From Paraspadella gotoi (lineage: Eukaryota > Animalia > Chaetognatha), in the NCBI GenBank assembly GCA_051294375.1, contig CM119268.1, forward strand, positions 4,441,162-4,505,161: a stretch of DNA of 64,000 bases, given 5' to 3'. Position numbers and translations under genes: made by a program. This document shows, in pieces, positions 31,381 to 47,147 of this stretch. Positions within the stretch are counted from its first letter, which is position 1. Every line of letters starts with the position of its first letter. The notes beneath the pieces were generated by a model, which saw only the letters and a program-made list of their open reading frames with translations, was not told the origin of the DNA and did no database searches.

Positions 31381-31704
31381 GTTCTCACAGAGAGTGGGAG
31401 TCCAGTGGGTTTTCTGAAGGTTAAGAAAGCCATGCAGCTTGAGGAGGCGTTGAGCCTTTGAAATTCGGGGCGTCCAAAACGGGATGGTGAGACTCACGGT
31501 AGCTTATGGAAGTTGTGAGCTTCCTGGTGGCTAAGGAGTGATAGAAGGTTTAGGTGACAAGTAGAATTGTGAAAATTCATTTTGGATGTGAGGTAGATAA
31601 GAGCGAGAAAGAAGTTGCGAGGCTCTGGAGGCAAAGGATGGATTTTTCCAGTTCAGATGGACTATAGGAGAGATGCGAGGTTGACTGCGGCAGAGGGACG
31701 GGTA
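31381..31704 (-). pseudogene. Penelope-like retroelement relic (region between RT and GIY-YIG); copies at ~20495-20812, ~35935-36260 and ~57437-57762
   Basis: One frame with two stops: YPSLCRSQPRIS...PSFASRASQLLSRSYLPHIQNEF...VSLTIPFWTPRISKAQRLLKLHGF. This resembles the PLE pattern SQxxRI...FxxRxxxL...RGY followed by lxiPY. Confidence 0.45.
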
Positions 31705-31905
31705 GGGCAAAGGAGGAAAATTGTGAGGGTAAGGGGGTAAAAGTAGGTTGAGGGGTTGAGGAGGTTAAGGGGCAAAGTGTCACTCGGTCGAATTCGGACA
31801 ACGAAAACCGGATCTTTTTATGACCTTAACGACTCGGTCGCTTCGAGGGAGGGGGAACTTAACTTGATGAGTGTCTCTCTCTCTCTCTCTCTCTCTCTCC
31901 TCTCT

Positions 31906-31971
<66 letters not shown>

Positions 31972-32794
31972 TCCTCTCTGTAATTTTCTCCTTTTTTCCC
32001 AATTCTGATTGGCAATTTTCTCTTAAGCTTTCCGCTCTTTGTGTGATTGGCAAGAGAAATAGCTCGGTCCAAAGCTTGGCCCGAAGCAAGGATTCTCATT
32101 TCAACCAAGCTTTGGCTCTGAATTCGAGGTTTTTACGAGAGTAAACAGTGATTCGAATAGAAGAAGTTCTATCTCTCTCTCTATCTTTTTCTCTCTCTCC
32201 CTCTCTCTTTTAATCGCCTTCCATTAAACCTGACCAACGAGTATGTCCCGGTTTTTAGGTTTCAAGATTTCTTATTAGGAAACTGATGACAAGGAAAGAT
32301 AAGAAACAAAGTTAGTAAATCATTTAAGGAAAAACTCATGGATTTATAGGTCGAAATCAACACGATGTTATTCTGAGTAAATAAAGGTGACGGTGAGAAG
32401 CACGAGGGAGTCTGAATCAATGCTACTGAAACTAAGAGAGAACTAAATCTATTTATAACAGAAGACAGGATCAGAGGCAAGAGTGATTTTGACAGCTCCA
32501 TCGTTTCTGCAAGCCTATTCGTTGGTTCCGGTTCCGTCTCGGCCATTCAGCGTTCAATTAGAAATTAGGTTAGGGATTAGAGTTAAGTTATTAAAATTCC
32601 GGGATAAAGGACCAGAAAAGGAGCGTTCTGAGAAAAGAGTGCCCAAATGACCCGGAATTAGGTTAAAGCCCAAATTGTGGCCTCAAACAATTTTTTTTTT
32701 TCTTTTTTCATTTTATTCTATGAATGAATTAGTTTATGTCTGACCCGATTTTGCAGAAAATGTCGAGGCGTGATGTTGAATGAAGCGAAGTGGA

Positions 32795-32912
<118 letters not shown>

Positions 32913-33441
32913 CGACCCTAAAAATGGCTGCGACATCGAAAAAGCATGTTTTGAAGAAGAGAGATAAACTCAAGGATACGCGTTGCAATTTTTTTTATTT
33001 GCTGCCAAAGAGGCGTTTTTTTTCTCCCGCTGAGCTGCCAAAGAGGCGAGTTTTGCTGAACTTTGATTCGATTTTTTTTTTATATTAACTTTTATGATTT
33101 GGTTCATGCAGCTGTCGTTTCCCTCGGTTCTCTTCTCAAGATAGAGAAGGAAATGATCGGCCATGAACTTATCCATTCAGCCGCCAAAGTCTGACCTTTT
33201 TCCATTTTTGACCCACAGAGTCCAGAATCACCGCAATCACCAGAATCACCAGATTCACATTCCATCTCGCTGCACTCTGTTTTGCATGGCTGGAACCTTA
33301 ACTTACTCACCCCATATCTTACTCCATAGCGACAGCCTTTCATTTTTGATAACTTACACATCGCTGCCATGACCCTACCATACCTTTACCTCACCCAAGC
33401 TTCGCCTCAGTATTTTTTGCCTCAACAAAATCGTTACAGTT

Positions 33442-33472
<31 letters not shown>

Positions 33473-33550
33473 AACTTTCCTTTTTTCATTTTCTTTTTTT
33501 TTTCCTCGCCTTTTTTGTCGCGTCTCTCCCGATAAATGCTTTTGCCAACC

Positions 33551-33649
<99 letters not shown>

Positions 33650-33751
33650 TGTTCTTTTCCTTCCCCCATACATATCGAGCACAAACAGAATTTTAATTCT
33701 CTCTATATTCCACTGGCGCCAATTCAACTTAAGATGTTGTCGCCGTATTCT

Positions 33752-33782
<31 letters not shown>

Positions 33783-34380
33783 GACGTTCCCCTATTTCAG
33801 TGGAATGAAATCAATACTTTTTTTGTAAGTTTTTTTTTTTAAATGCGAAAGAATTTAAGCGAATATAAATATAATTTTTGTAACATTTTTTTAAAAAAAC
33901 TGTTGTTTTATTAAAAGACCGACTAATTACGTAGCTTATGTTTGAGGGAGGAAATTTGTGAAAGTTTGAATAAAAATGTTTAGATGTGTAAGTCCCAGCT
34001 TGAAGTGAAAAGCTCCGCCTTGGGGTCAAAGATCAGTCGGTAAGGACAGAGGACTTAATTGGGATTCAGGATCCTTTGATTTTTTGTAAATAATCTGAAA
34101 ACTGCTTCTCCTGTGGAAAACACTCAACGTAGACTTAACCTTCATCCATCCAATTAAACATGTGTGTCTATCTCATTTCCACGACTAAGGTTTCAGATTA
34201 ATGCTCGGAAACCTGTTTGCCCCAGTAAATTTTTTTTCTCAAGAGAGATCCATCTCCATCTTTTGTTCTCTTTTACGAAGGTGCCCCTTTCAAGTCATAT
34301 TCAGAATTAAGTTTGTTTTTAGGTTTGATAATTAGGTTTAGGGCTTAGGGATACGGAGTAGGATAGATCTCTTCTCTTTT

Positions 34381-38153
<3,773 letters not shown>

Positions 38154-38650
38154 CGTCACAAGTCGCTTGGGGGAGAAGAGGAAGAAAAAAGTGTCATAAC
38201 AATAAAAATAATTTAGAAAAAAACACAACCAGAACCTAACAACACCAATGTATCAATCACCTAAAACAAGTCGCTACCCTCGGGCTTGTTACACCTAGAT
38301 CCACATATTCTTTATTTCTAACCGACCTGACTCATAATCAATGTGCACGCACAAGACCTTCCGTTTAAAAACACTGAGTTTGAACATTTACATATTTCAC
38401 ATTCAACCTGCAGAGAACCGCAGGATGAATAAATCAAGAAGGTTTATTTGTCGATCAAACCCATCAACCTTCGGATCGCCGTCCACAGGGTTATAGCGGG
38501 CAAAGAACTTCTTCAGCGCGTTTCAACTTATAATTCTTGATGAGTCTTTTCAAGAAGTTTATTTCCAACCTAAAACTTACCTTGATGTTAACAGCTTGTA
38601 TCAGACTCATCGCCATGAAGGAACTTTAAAAACATTTTCAGAATTTACAG
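38154..38650 (+). CDS. Polinton minor capsid (penton-like, single jelly-roll) C-terminal part, frameshifted
   Basis: LDPHILYF/TDLTHNQ/VHAQDLPF/LKTLSLNI (38296-38388) and FQLIILDESFQEVYFQPKTYL (38521-38583) fit the lyvyxDlxxxQxvgxxxxplLr and IxIxDexgxxvxF patterns. Confidence 0.55.
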
Positions 38651-38869
38651 TTTTTTTTCTTTATTTTTTATAAAAAAAATAAGGAAACAAACATAAAAAT
38701 CCGCTTAATTGTGCATGCTATTTTTGTTCTTGTTTCTTTGTCCTTTTTTTCACAAGACTATAATGAATTGGTAGCGATAATTTTCCACGCGGACAAGAGT
38801 CGACATAACAGTGAATTAGTTTAACCTGATTTTAGCCTGCTATTAGAATCAAACAGCAACGAATCACAA

Positions 38870-39065
38870 AAACAATACCAAACCGAAGAAAGCAAGGTGC
38901 GAAAAACCAAAAATAGCAAAACAAACGAAAAGATAGTCAACTCAGCAGCTAAAATAACAACAAAACTCAAAAAAAGCGGAAAAACAACGAAATTCTTCCA
39001 CAAACAGCAAAAAAACGCAAGAAAAAAAGGAGCAATAAAGTCAACCGCTTCACAACTTCATCTAA
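38870..39065 (+). CDS. Lys-rich basic protein between penton and major capsid (candidate core protein)
   Basis: ORF track 38897 onward: RKTKNSKTNEKIVNSAAKITTKLKKSGKTTKFFHKQQKNARKKGAIK. Its position matches the basic ORF usually found upstream of Polinton MCP. Confidence 0.35.
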
Positions 39066-39072
39066 ATAAAAT

Positions 39073-41171
39073 ATGTCTCGACACCCGCCAACAGCGATAC
39101 CCAAAATTTACCCCCCCCTCGAATTTGGGTGACCCCCCCAAAATTGATATTTTTAGCTTTCAGACAAAAGATTCATAGAGACGGGTCAGCTACAACACAT
39201 ACCTGAGGAGTCAACCCAGAGATCCAGTCGAGATTCAGAAGGGGGAGAACATCTCCTTCAGATTCAGCGACAAAAACAAGCTTTTCTGAATCCAAAAAAG
39301 ATTTTTCTGGACCATCCACTTTCGAGGGAAACTAAATCAAATAAATTGAGATTAGTTTAATTAATTAAAATAATATCTAATAGTTATTTAGTTAATTATA
39401 AATTTATTTTAAACAAGACATAAATTATATTTTAAAGAAACACAATGCTAATCAAATATAAATCAAGGTATTTTTTTTTTTGTTCAGGTTCGTTCTGAAC
39501 TCTGGTGGAGAAATGAACCATGGACATGGCGTAAAACTTCACACCATTAACCCGATGAGTCAAATGTTTGGGTGGAATCGCTTCGATATGTCCTTGGAGA
39601 AGCTCAACTTTTAACAATATGATACCAAGCAACTATGGGCTATAGCGAGAAGTCCTTTCATGACCCAATACTCAGAGGCGTCGAGAGATACTTTCTTGAA
39701 GGTGAGAATTAACTTTGATTTGATTTTGGTTTTGTTATAATTAATTAGCTGATTTTTACCCGAAAAAGGGAATTTGAGATTTTCGACTGAAGGACACTTG
39801 GATGAAAGCGGGGATGATGAGGATACCACCGACATGTATAAAACTGTCAGCAGTTGGAAACAGGTGGCGACAGCAACTACAAAACACGTACCCGTAAATG
39901 GGCGGGTCGTCGTTCGATGAGGGTATTAATAAAAAAATCTAATAAAAGTTAGGTTTAATTTTCCTCCCTTGTCCGAGTATGTCAGCTCTAAAATAACCAA
40001 TCTGGAATCGATGTTGGCATTCAGTTTATCTCACATCAAAGTAAGAAAAAACTTTGTTTGTTTTATTTTCGTTTTAAAATGTAAACTAATCTTGATATTT
40101 TTTTTAAAATGTTAGGAGAAAGATATTATAGCACCATGACACCCACTGAAACAAACTTGTTGGTAAAAGGTTAATTACTTTTTTTTAAACTTTTTTTTTT
40201 CCACATTACCTTTTTTTCTTTTTTTTTATTGACGGCACGTGACTAAGACAAGTAATCGATACTCATGATAGTGGACTGACCAACGCAACTACCAGCCAAC
40301 TACCAAACCAACCAAAGTGAATTTTATTGTCGCACGATACCTAGTATCCTTAGCGAGTTAAACAACAAAAATTCTTTTTTTTATTTCCTTTACCTACAGC
40401 CGCGACGCTGTATGTAGAACGCTGTCTTGCTCCGCGAATCCATACTACAAAATTGAAAGGAAAGCTTCAACAGGAACCGTTACAATCTCCGTATTTGGCA
40501 AAGATTCTCAAAGATTTTTAGTGTTAGAAGCAAAGGCGTGATAGAAAACACATAAATATTTTTCGCTAAAAGATGATTCTACCTCTGTTATTTTGCTTTT
40601 ACATAAGAATAACACGCTCAACGTGCTCATTAGCCACAAATATCTTTAAAAATTTTTCCAAGAAACGGTCTAATTAAAGCAATGGATTGAAGTTGGAATC
40701 AACGCAAGAATCCCAAGTATTCACCTCGAGGGAGCGCCGATAAGGAAGGGTATATGTTCGACAACGACCTGGAACAGACCGCTGCTCGTATCTCTATGGC
40801 AATCGGTGCGTAGGTCTTTTTTAGCAACTTTGAACCAACTTTTTGCTAGTACCAACGCAACTTTGTGCAACAACCTTCACGAATCTTTTTTTCTTTCAGA
40901 GTTGCTTGGTCCTTCTGACAAGAGAGGGAACGAAAAGGTTTTCGGAAGCGAAGTGTTCTACAGACAATTTCATGCTGCCATTCACACTTTCAAATCCATC
41001 ACCCAATCGACGGATAACGTCTTCAAAGACCGATTAACTCAACTCGGAATATTAAACTCTATTAAAATTTGACGGCGGCCGACAACACAGCGTCTGAACG
41101 CAATACTTTATACACTCAAAGTCGCTCAATCAAAACGACAGTAGAAGACAGTCTTTCACGATCCGATTTAG
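39073..41171 (+). CDS. Polinton/Maverick double jelly-roll major capsid protein, intron-containing, frameshifted in this assembly
   Basis: Ordered blocks: PLEF..DPPKI; ENISFRFSDKNK/FLNPKKIFL; FMTQYSEASRDTFLK; SNYKTRTRKWAG; GIDVGIQFI; ATLYVER/VLLRESIL/KIERKLQQEPLQSPY; DNFMLPFTLS; LNAILYT..DSRRQ. These track the MCP consensus from N- to C-terminus and are separated by AT-rich intron-like segments. Confidence 0.75.
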
Positions 41172-41192
41172 ACAGTAAAGGATCTAACAAAA

Positions 41193-41722
41193 ATGTCTTT
41201 GGTCACCTCGATTACGGAGTTAAAAAAAAAATCTTTAAAAATCAAACCCTATCTGCTTCAGTCATTTTAAAGAAAACTAATCTTCTCTCGATGAGACTAA
41301 CGCAATATAAATTTAAAACGAACAACCAAAACTAGTGTTGTTTATTAACACGATTTCCAAAGCCAAGAAGTGAAAAAATTGGACATTGGATCGTGCTTCG
41401 GTATTCATTTTCCCGAAGGAAATCGCCTTGCTGATTGACCCTCTTTTAGACCAAGATTTCATGAAAACCACGAGGTTAGTCTTAAATCATTGAAAATTTT
41501 GTATAACAACTCGCTTATCTAAAAAATCTAAAGCTAAGAAAACTCAAAAGTAAAAAATCTCAAGCTTGTTGGGTTTTGCATTCCTTATACTATGCTGTAA
41601 AAATATCACACTGCAAAAATATAGTTCAGTTTTTAACCTCAAATCATTATTTTGCGCGTTAACTCGTTAAAACAATAGAAATTCATATTAATTAGATATG
41701 TTTTTAAAAAATTCATTTTTAA
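41193..41722 (+). CDS. Adenain-like (C5 family) cysteine protease, frameshifted
   Basis: LVLFINT...KIGHWIVL (GHW at 41381-41389), ALLIDPL (D at 41437) and Q/SKKSQAC..LHSLYYA (C at 41567) give the His-Asp-Gln-Cys order and spacing of Polinton PRO. The gene lies immediately after MCP. Confidence 0.75.
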
Positions 41723-42670
41723 GCTTTCATCTAAGCGTGATGGATGAAATTCAACAAGAGAATCCATCAAACCTTAGAAGAATTCAAAAACTGTCTCGAA
41801 AAAATCATTCTCGTCTCTTGGCGTTGATCAGTCTCCAATTTCGAGTTTTATCTAAATCTCGGAAAGCCACCAGCCCGCACGTAAATCGGCAAGTTCCACT
41901 AAATTAAATCTCACAATCACGCCTTAATCCTTAATCACCACTTTCGGCCGCGGTATGTACAGAGCAGAGAATCTGAACATTGGCCGCCTTGCTCGCCAAA
42001 CATCGCAAACGCAAACAAGGCGCTCACAAAGGAGAGAAAAAGCAAAGACGAAAAAAAAAAAAAGGGTAAAATTAAAACAAAATATTTTTTTTATTAGCAT
42101 ATTAGCTCGGTATAACATATCAAATTTCAATTAAGGGAGATCGATCGCCAAAAAAATCATTCAAAACATCGAGAAAAGGAGGCTCGTAAGGGGAAAGGAA
42201 AGCGAAAAGAAATAAAACTGGGGACAAAAAAGGTAAACCAAGAACAGATAAAGCGATAAAACTTACAACTCCAAACGCCAGATTATTTTTCTTTCATACA
42301 TTTTTTTCTACACTCCATTCAAAGAATTTTTAAACTTTTTCTTTTAACCCCTCTACCCCCCTCCCTCCAACACCCTTTCAACCCATTCTTGCACAGTCCC
42401 GACCTATATCGCACACTGGACGCCGAAAAAACTGATAAGAAGAGAAAATCAATAATTCTTTTAAAATAACATGTCATTTTACAATGCTTTCAACATCGCT
42501 TTAGTTTCTTTAAAAATAAATAGACTTAAAAAACGAAATGTAAATTTAAAGCCGATATCTTCAATTTAACCTAATAAGAAACATTCAACTAAACGAGTCA
42601 ACAATTCCCCTATGATTAAGCTATGCTTAGAACTTAATAATATAATTTTGTCCTAACCACAAAATTCTAA

Positions 42671-43500
42671 ATGGACACATCAAGCTACATCCTCAAGAAA
42701 AAGAAAAAAGGAAAAGAGAAAGAAAGAAGAAAAGACTGTTTCACCTATTAATCATATTGTTCACCAAAGTCAGCTTCTTGCCTTTCTCCGTTTTTTCCTG
42801 AATCATTATTTTCTCGTGAAAATATAGAAACAATTTATTAACTATGATCAAATATCGGCGATAATCTCAATTTAGCTACAGCAGCTCGGTTTTGCTCGAT
42901 ATCAATATGGGAAGATATAGGCTTGCAACAAAATCCGCTTAAATTAAAATGCATTGTGGACAATCTTGAAAGAACACGAGCCAAAACTCCCTCCTCTACT
43001 TGCCGACCTCGTTCTCTCTACCATCTCGCGACAAACCGAACTTTCCGCTATCAAACTGAATGACTCAAGCACCGGAACTTTCACCTCTCAAAACCACGCG
43101 GACCATCGAACTCACTTCTCACTCCAGATCTGAAGACACCTACCGACTCTGGACCGTTCCTTATTCAGATAAACACACCAACCCTTAAACAAAAGCCGAA
43201 TTAACTTTCCGCACACACCGATAACCAGCAAAAATTTATCCCCAATTTAACCCCAACCCTGTAATCGCTAAATCCAATCCAAACTTCCGCATTCACACAT
43301 CAATGTTTCCCCCAAACAATAAAACACAACAACTCACATTCACACTAAAGCACTCCAAATTTCTAAACGCATTAGCCGCTTCGGGATTCTCTGGTTGCGT
43401 GATCCTAACAGCCATCCATCATCACCTGCGTGGATCAAACAAAGAAAACTTCAAAAAATCCGTAAATCATCTTTAAAAGTACATTCAAACACCTTAATTA
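42671..43500 (+). CDS. Unknown coding-like region within the Polinton island, frameshifted
   Basis: ATG at 42671 (MDTSSYILKKRKKE...) and complex non-repetitive sequence; no motif recognised. Confidence 0.25.
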
Positions 43501-43539
43501 AACACCAAAATGAATTAAGTTAAATTAATATTTTTGAAT

Positions 43540-43990
43540 AGTACAACAACGACCAAAACCGACGATCAATTCGAAAACACGAAGCGGTTGAAAGTTTTTC
43601 GCGCTTCAAATGCAAGAATCACGCCAATCCCACCACCTCGGCGAAACAAAAGAACAAAACTCAAGTAAGTTATTATTTTATCCTATGTGTTAGCGTTTAA
43701 AACTAATAACAATTTTTTTTCTAGACAATATCAATACTATCTCAGCCGAAATCCACAAAACAACAACCCACAAAACCCAAAGTCGAAATGACAACGTTTA
43801 AACCAATTAGGTATTTTAAGTTTTATTTAATAACCTCAACAATTCAAATACCTAACAAATAGTATTAAATGAAATACAAAATATTTTTTAATCTTTTTAA
43901 ATCAGAGAGACGCGATTAACGGAATGGCGCTATTCCCACACCAAAATACCGGGAACTCAAAAATATTGCCAATCCACGAGAATTTAATAT
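43540..43990 (+). CDS. Small spliced gene of unknown function in the Polinton island
   Basis: Introns 43665-43724 (gtaagt...ctaat...ttctag) and 43811-43905 (gtattt...ctaac...atcag) flank C/A-rich exon-like segments. Confidence 0.4.
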
Positions 43991-44270
43991 TTCTATCTCT
44001 CTGTCCTCTCTCTCTCTCTCTTCATCTCTCTCTCTCCATTTTATTTTTTTGCGTAATGATATCAATAAAAAAGAATCGAAAGTTTATAGTCCAACACCCT
44101 ATTAGCTTATTCATCGTATGTTACAATTTAAAATAAAATTAGTGAAAAAGGAAAAAAAGAAAACAACTGATATTTTTCATTAAAACCGTTTATGCAAGCT
44201 CAAAAATCCCCGCCGATATTCTGTTAGCTACTCGCGGCGGTCTTCTTCTTGAAAAGTTAGAAAAAAACAT

Positions 44271-44305
<35 letters not shown>

Positions 44306-44319
44306 TTCTTTCTTTCTAT

Positions 44320-44800
44320 ATTTGTCTTTTTCTCTTTTCGTCGAAATACTACAATCACAACTAGACCCCTCGGCAAATCAGGTATTTTTTTCTTGCATTC
44401 ACCACTTTGAAAGTTTAAAAACAATTCTCTCTCCTCTTCTCTCTCCTCTCTCTCTCTCTTTCCATATACTTGTCTTTCTTTCTCTTTCGGTCGAATACTA
44501 CAAATAGCAACTGTCGCTCGTCCAATCCAAGGTATTTTTTTTTCCTTTGAAAGCTTAATTTACCCCCGAAAAACAAACGCTCAATTCGACCGAATTGTGT
44601 TTTCCCGAGGTACAGAGCCAAAAATCAAGAAAGCCTAGGGATCACTCTGTTTTCCTTGAAAGCTTTACTAACCCAAAAACCCGGACTAATTCGATCCCGA
44701 ATTGTGTTTTCCGAGGTACAGAGAAAAATCTAGAAAGCTAGGGATTCATCTAAAAACCCTGCTAATTCGACCGAACTCTCCTCTGGAGAACTGAGAGACC
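44320..44800. repeat. Short diverged direct repeats near the right end of the island
   Basis: tgtcttt...gtcgaa(a)tactacaa...aggtatttttt occurs twice (44323, 44471). aattcgaccgaattgtgttttcc(c)gaggtacagag occurs at 44583 and 44688, with a partial copy at 44765. Confidence 0.75.
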
Positions 44801-45033
44801 GAGAAAAAAACCGGGCTAAATTCGAACATAATCTTTCCTAACAATCGGGAGTTTGAGAAAAAAGTTCGAGGCGATGGTTTGGGCTGCAAGAACCTCGAAG
44901 GGTTAGGGATTTCGGAGTCTGAGCTTGAATCGCAAAATCTCGAGAGCATATCTCACCGAGATTTTTCTTTACTATTTTCGGCCGAAAAATTCGCCGAGAT
45001 GTATTCCCGCGAATTAGTTCAGTTCCCCTCGTA

Positions 45034-45231
45034 CGTTCGTCGTCGTCGTCCGTCGTCGTCGTCGACGTTCCCCTATTTCAGTGGAATGAAATCAATACTT
45101 TTTTGTGTAAGTTTTTTTTTTTTAAATGCGAAAGAATTTAAGCGAATATAAATATATCNNNNNNNNNNNNNNNNNNNNNNNNNTTCCTCGCCTTTTTTGT
45201 CGCGTCTCTCCCGATAAATGCTTTGCCAACC

Positions 45232-45330
<99 letters not shown>

Positions 45331-45433
45331 TGTTCTTTTCCTTCCCCCATACATATCGAGCACAAACAGAATTTTAATTCTCTCTATATTCCACTGGCGC
45401 CAATTCAACTTTAAGATGTTGTCGCCGTATTCT

Positions 45434-45464
<31 letters not shown>

Positions 45465-46619
45465 GACGTTCCCCTATTTCAGTGGAATGAAATCAATACT
45501 TTTTTTGTAAGTTTTTTTTTTTAAATGCGAAAGAATTTAAGCGAATATAAATATAATTTTTGTAACATTTTTTTAAAAAAACTGTTGTTTTATTAAAAGA
45601 CCGACTAATTACGTAGCTTATGTTTGAGGGAGGAAATTTGTGAAAGTTTTGAATAAAAATGTTTAGATGTGTAAGTCCCAGCTTGAAGTGAAAAGCTCCG
45701 CCTTGGGGTCAAAGATCAGTCGGTAAGGACAGAGGACTTAATTTGGATTCAGGATCCTTTGATTTTTTGTAAATAATCTGAAAACTGCTTCTCCTGTGGA
45801 AAACACTCAACGTAGACTTAACCTTCATCCATCCAATTAAACATGTGTGTCTTATCTCATTTCACGACTAAGGTTTCAGATTAATGCTCGGAAACCTGTT
45901 TGCCCCAGTAAATTTTTTTTCTCAAGAGAGATCCATCTCCCATTTTTGTTCTCTTTTACGAAGGTGCCCCATTTCAAGTCATATTCAGAATTAAGTTTGT
46001 TTTTAGGTTTGATAATTAGTTTAGGGCTTAGGGATACGGAGTAGGATAGATCTCTTCTCTTTTTTTTTTTTTTGTAAGTTTTTTTTTTTTTAAATGCGAA
46101 AGAATTTAAGCGAATATAAATATAATTTTTGTAACATTTTTTTAAAAAAACTGTTGTTTTATTAAAAGACCGACTAATTACGTAGCTTATGTTTGAGGGA
46201 GGAAATTTGTGAAAGTTTTGAATAAAAATGTTTAGATGTGTAAGTCCCAGCTTGAAGTGAAAAGCTCCGCCTTGGGGTCAAAGATCAGTCGGTAAGGACA
46301 GAGGACTTAATTTGGGATTCAGGATCCTTTGATTTTTTGTAAATAATCTGAAAACTGCTTCTCCTGTGGAAAACACTCAACGTAGACTTAACCTTCATCC
46401 ATCCAATTAAACATGTGTGTCTTATCTCATTTCACGACTAAGGTTTCAGATTAATGCTCGGAAACCTGTTTGCCCCAGTAAATTTTTTTTCTCAAGAGAG
46501 ATCCATCTCCCATTTTTGTTCTCTTTTACGAAGGTGCCCCATTTCAAGTCATATTCAGAATTAAGTTTGTTTTTAGGTTTGATAATTAGGTTAGGGCTTA
46601 GGGATACGGAGTAGGATAG
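45034..46619. repeat. Stuttered re-copies of the 33500-34383 segment
   Basis: 45034-45158, 45184-46063 and 46064-46619 each repeat parts of 33502-34383. Confidence 0.9.
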
Positions 46620-46749
46620 GGATTAGGGTTAGGGATTAGGCTAGCTTTAGGGCTAAGGCTTACTGGTTGGATAAAACTTTTCGAAAGAGATTAGAGCCAG
46701 ATATTGACGTCGAAATTAAATTTAAAGATTAGGAATCTAAATGGGGCGC
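46534..46749. repeat. Degenerate TTAGGG-like tract bracketed by short inverted repeats (second copy at ~60278-60491)
   Basis: gtgccccattt (46534) ... ttaggttagggcttaggg...gattagggttagggattagg ... aaatggggcgc (46739-46749). Confidence 0.55.
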
Positions 46750-47147
46750 TCACGGAAAATAGTACCCTTATTCCTAAGTTTTCTTTATATTTTTTTTGCT
46801 ATTCCTTCTTTTTTTATTATTTCTTTTCTTCCTCCTTTTCTTCCTTCTTTTTTCTGATTAGATTTGCTTCGCTTTTCCCCTCAGTTATTCTGTCATTCGA
46901 TCGCTCGTTCCGTTTGGTCTGTTAGTCTTTCTTGGCAAACATTTAAGTCGCTCTATTCCAATTTAAAGATGGAATTAAAGAAACTAAGCTTTAATGCTTA
47001 ATAGATGAAGTTATTTAAAACGATATCGTCATTTAAAAATACGAACTAAATGTTCTCTTATTTATCTGCATCATTAATTAATACAAGTACAATTGAGGTT
47101 ACATTACATTATCTTTTTTCACTTCTCACTCTAATCTCTTCTATCTG

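Larger units (their letters stand above)
38154..45030 (+). mobile_element. Polinton/Maverick fragment: virion morphogenesis module plus unknown ORFs
   Basis: Single-copy, microsatellite-poor island with a co-oriented penton-like gene, basic protein, major capsid and adenain-like protease in the order commonly seen in invertebrate Polintons. Confidence 0.8.

Noticed and set aside
38521-38560. LIILDE as the Walker B motif of a packaging ATPase
   Set aside because: No Walker A upstream or QN motif downstream; the context fits the penton C-terminus.
46586-46660. True telomere or chromosome-fusion site
   Set aside because: Short, degenerate, single orientation and internal.
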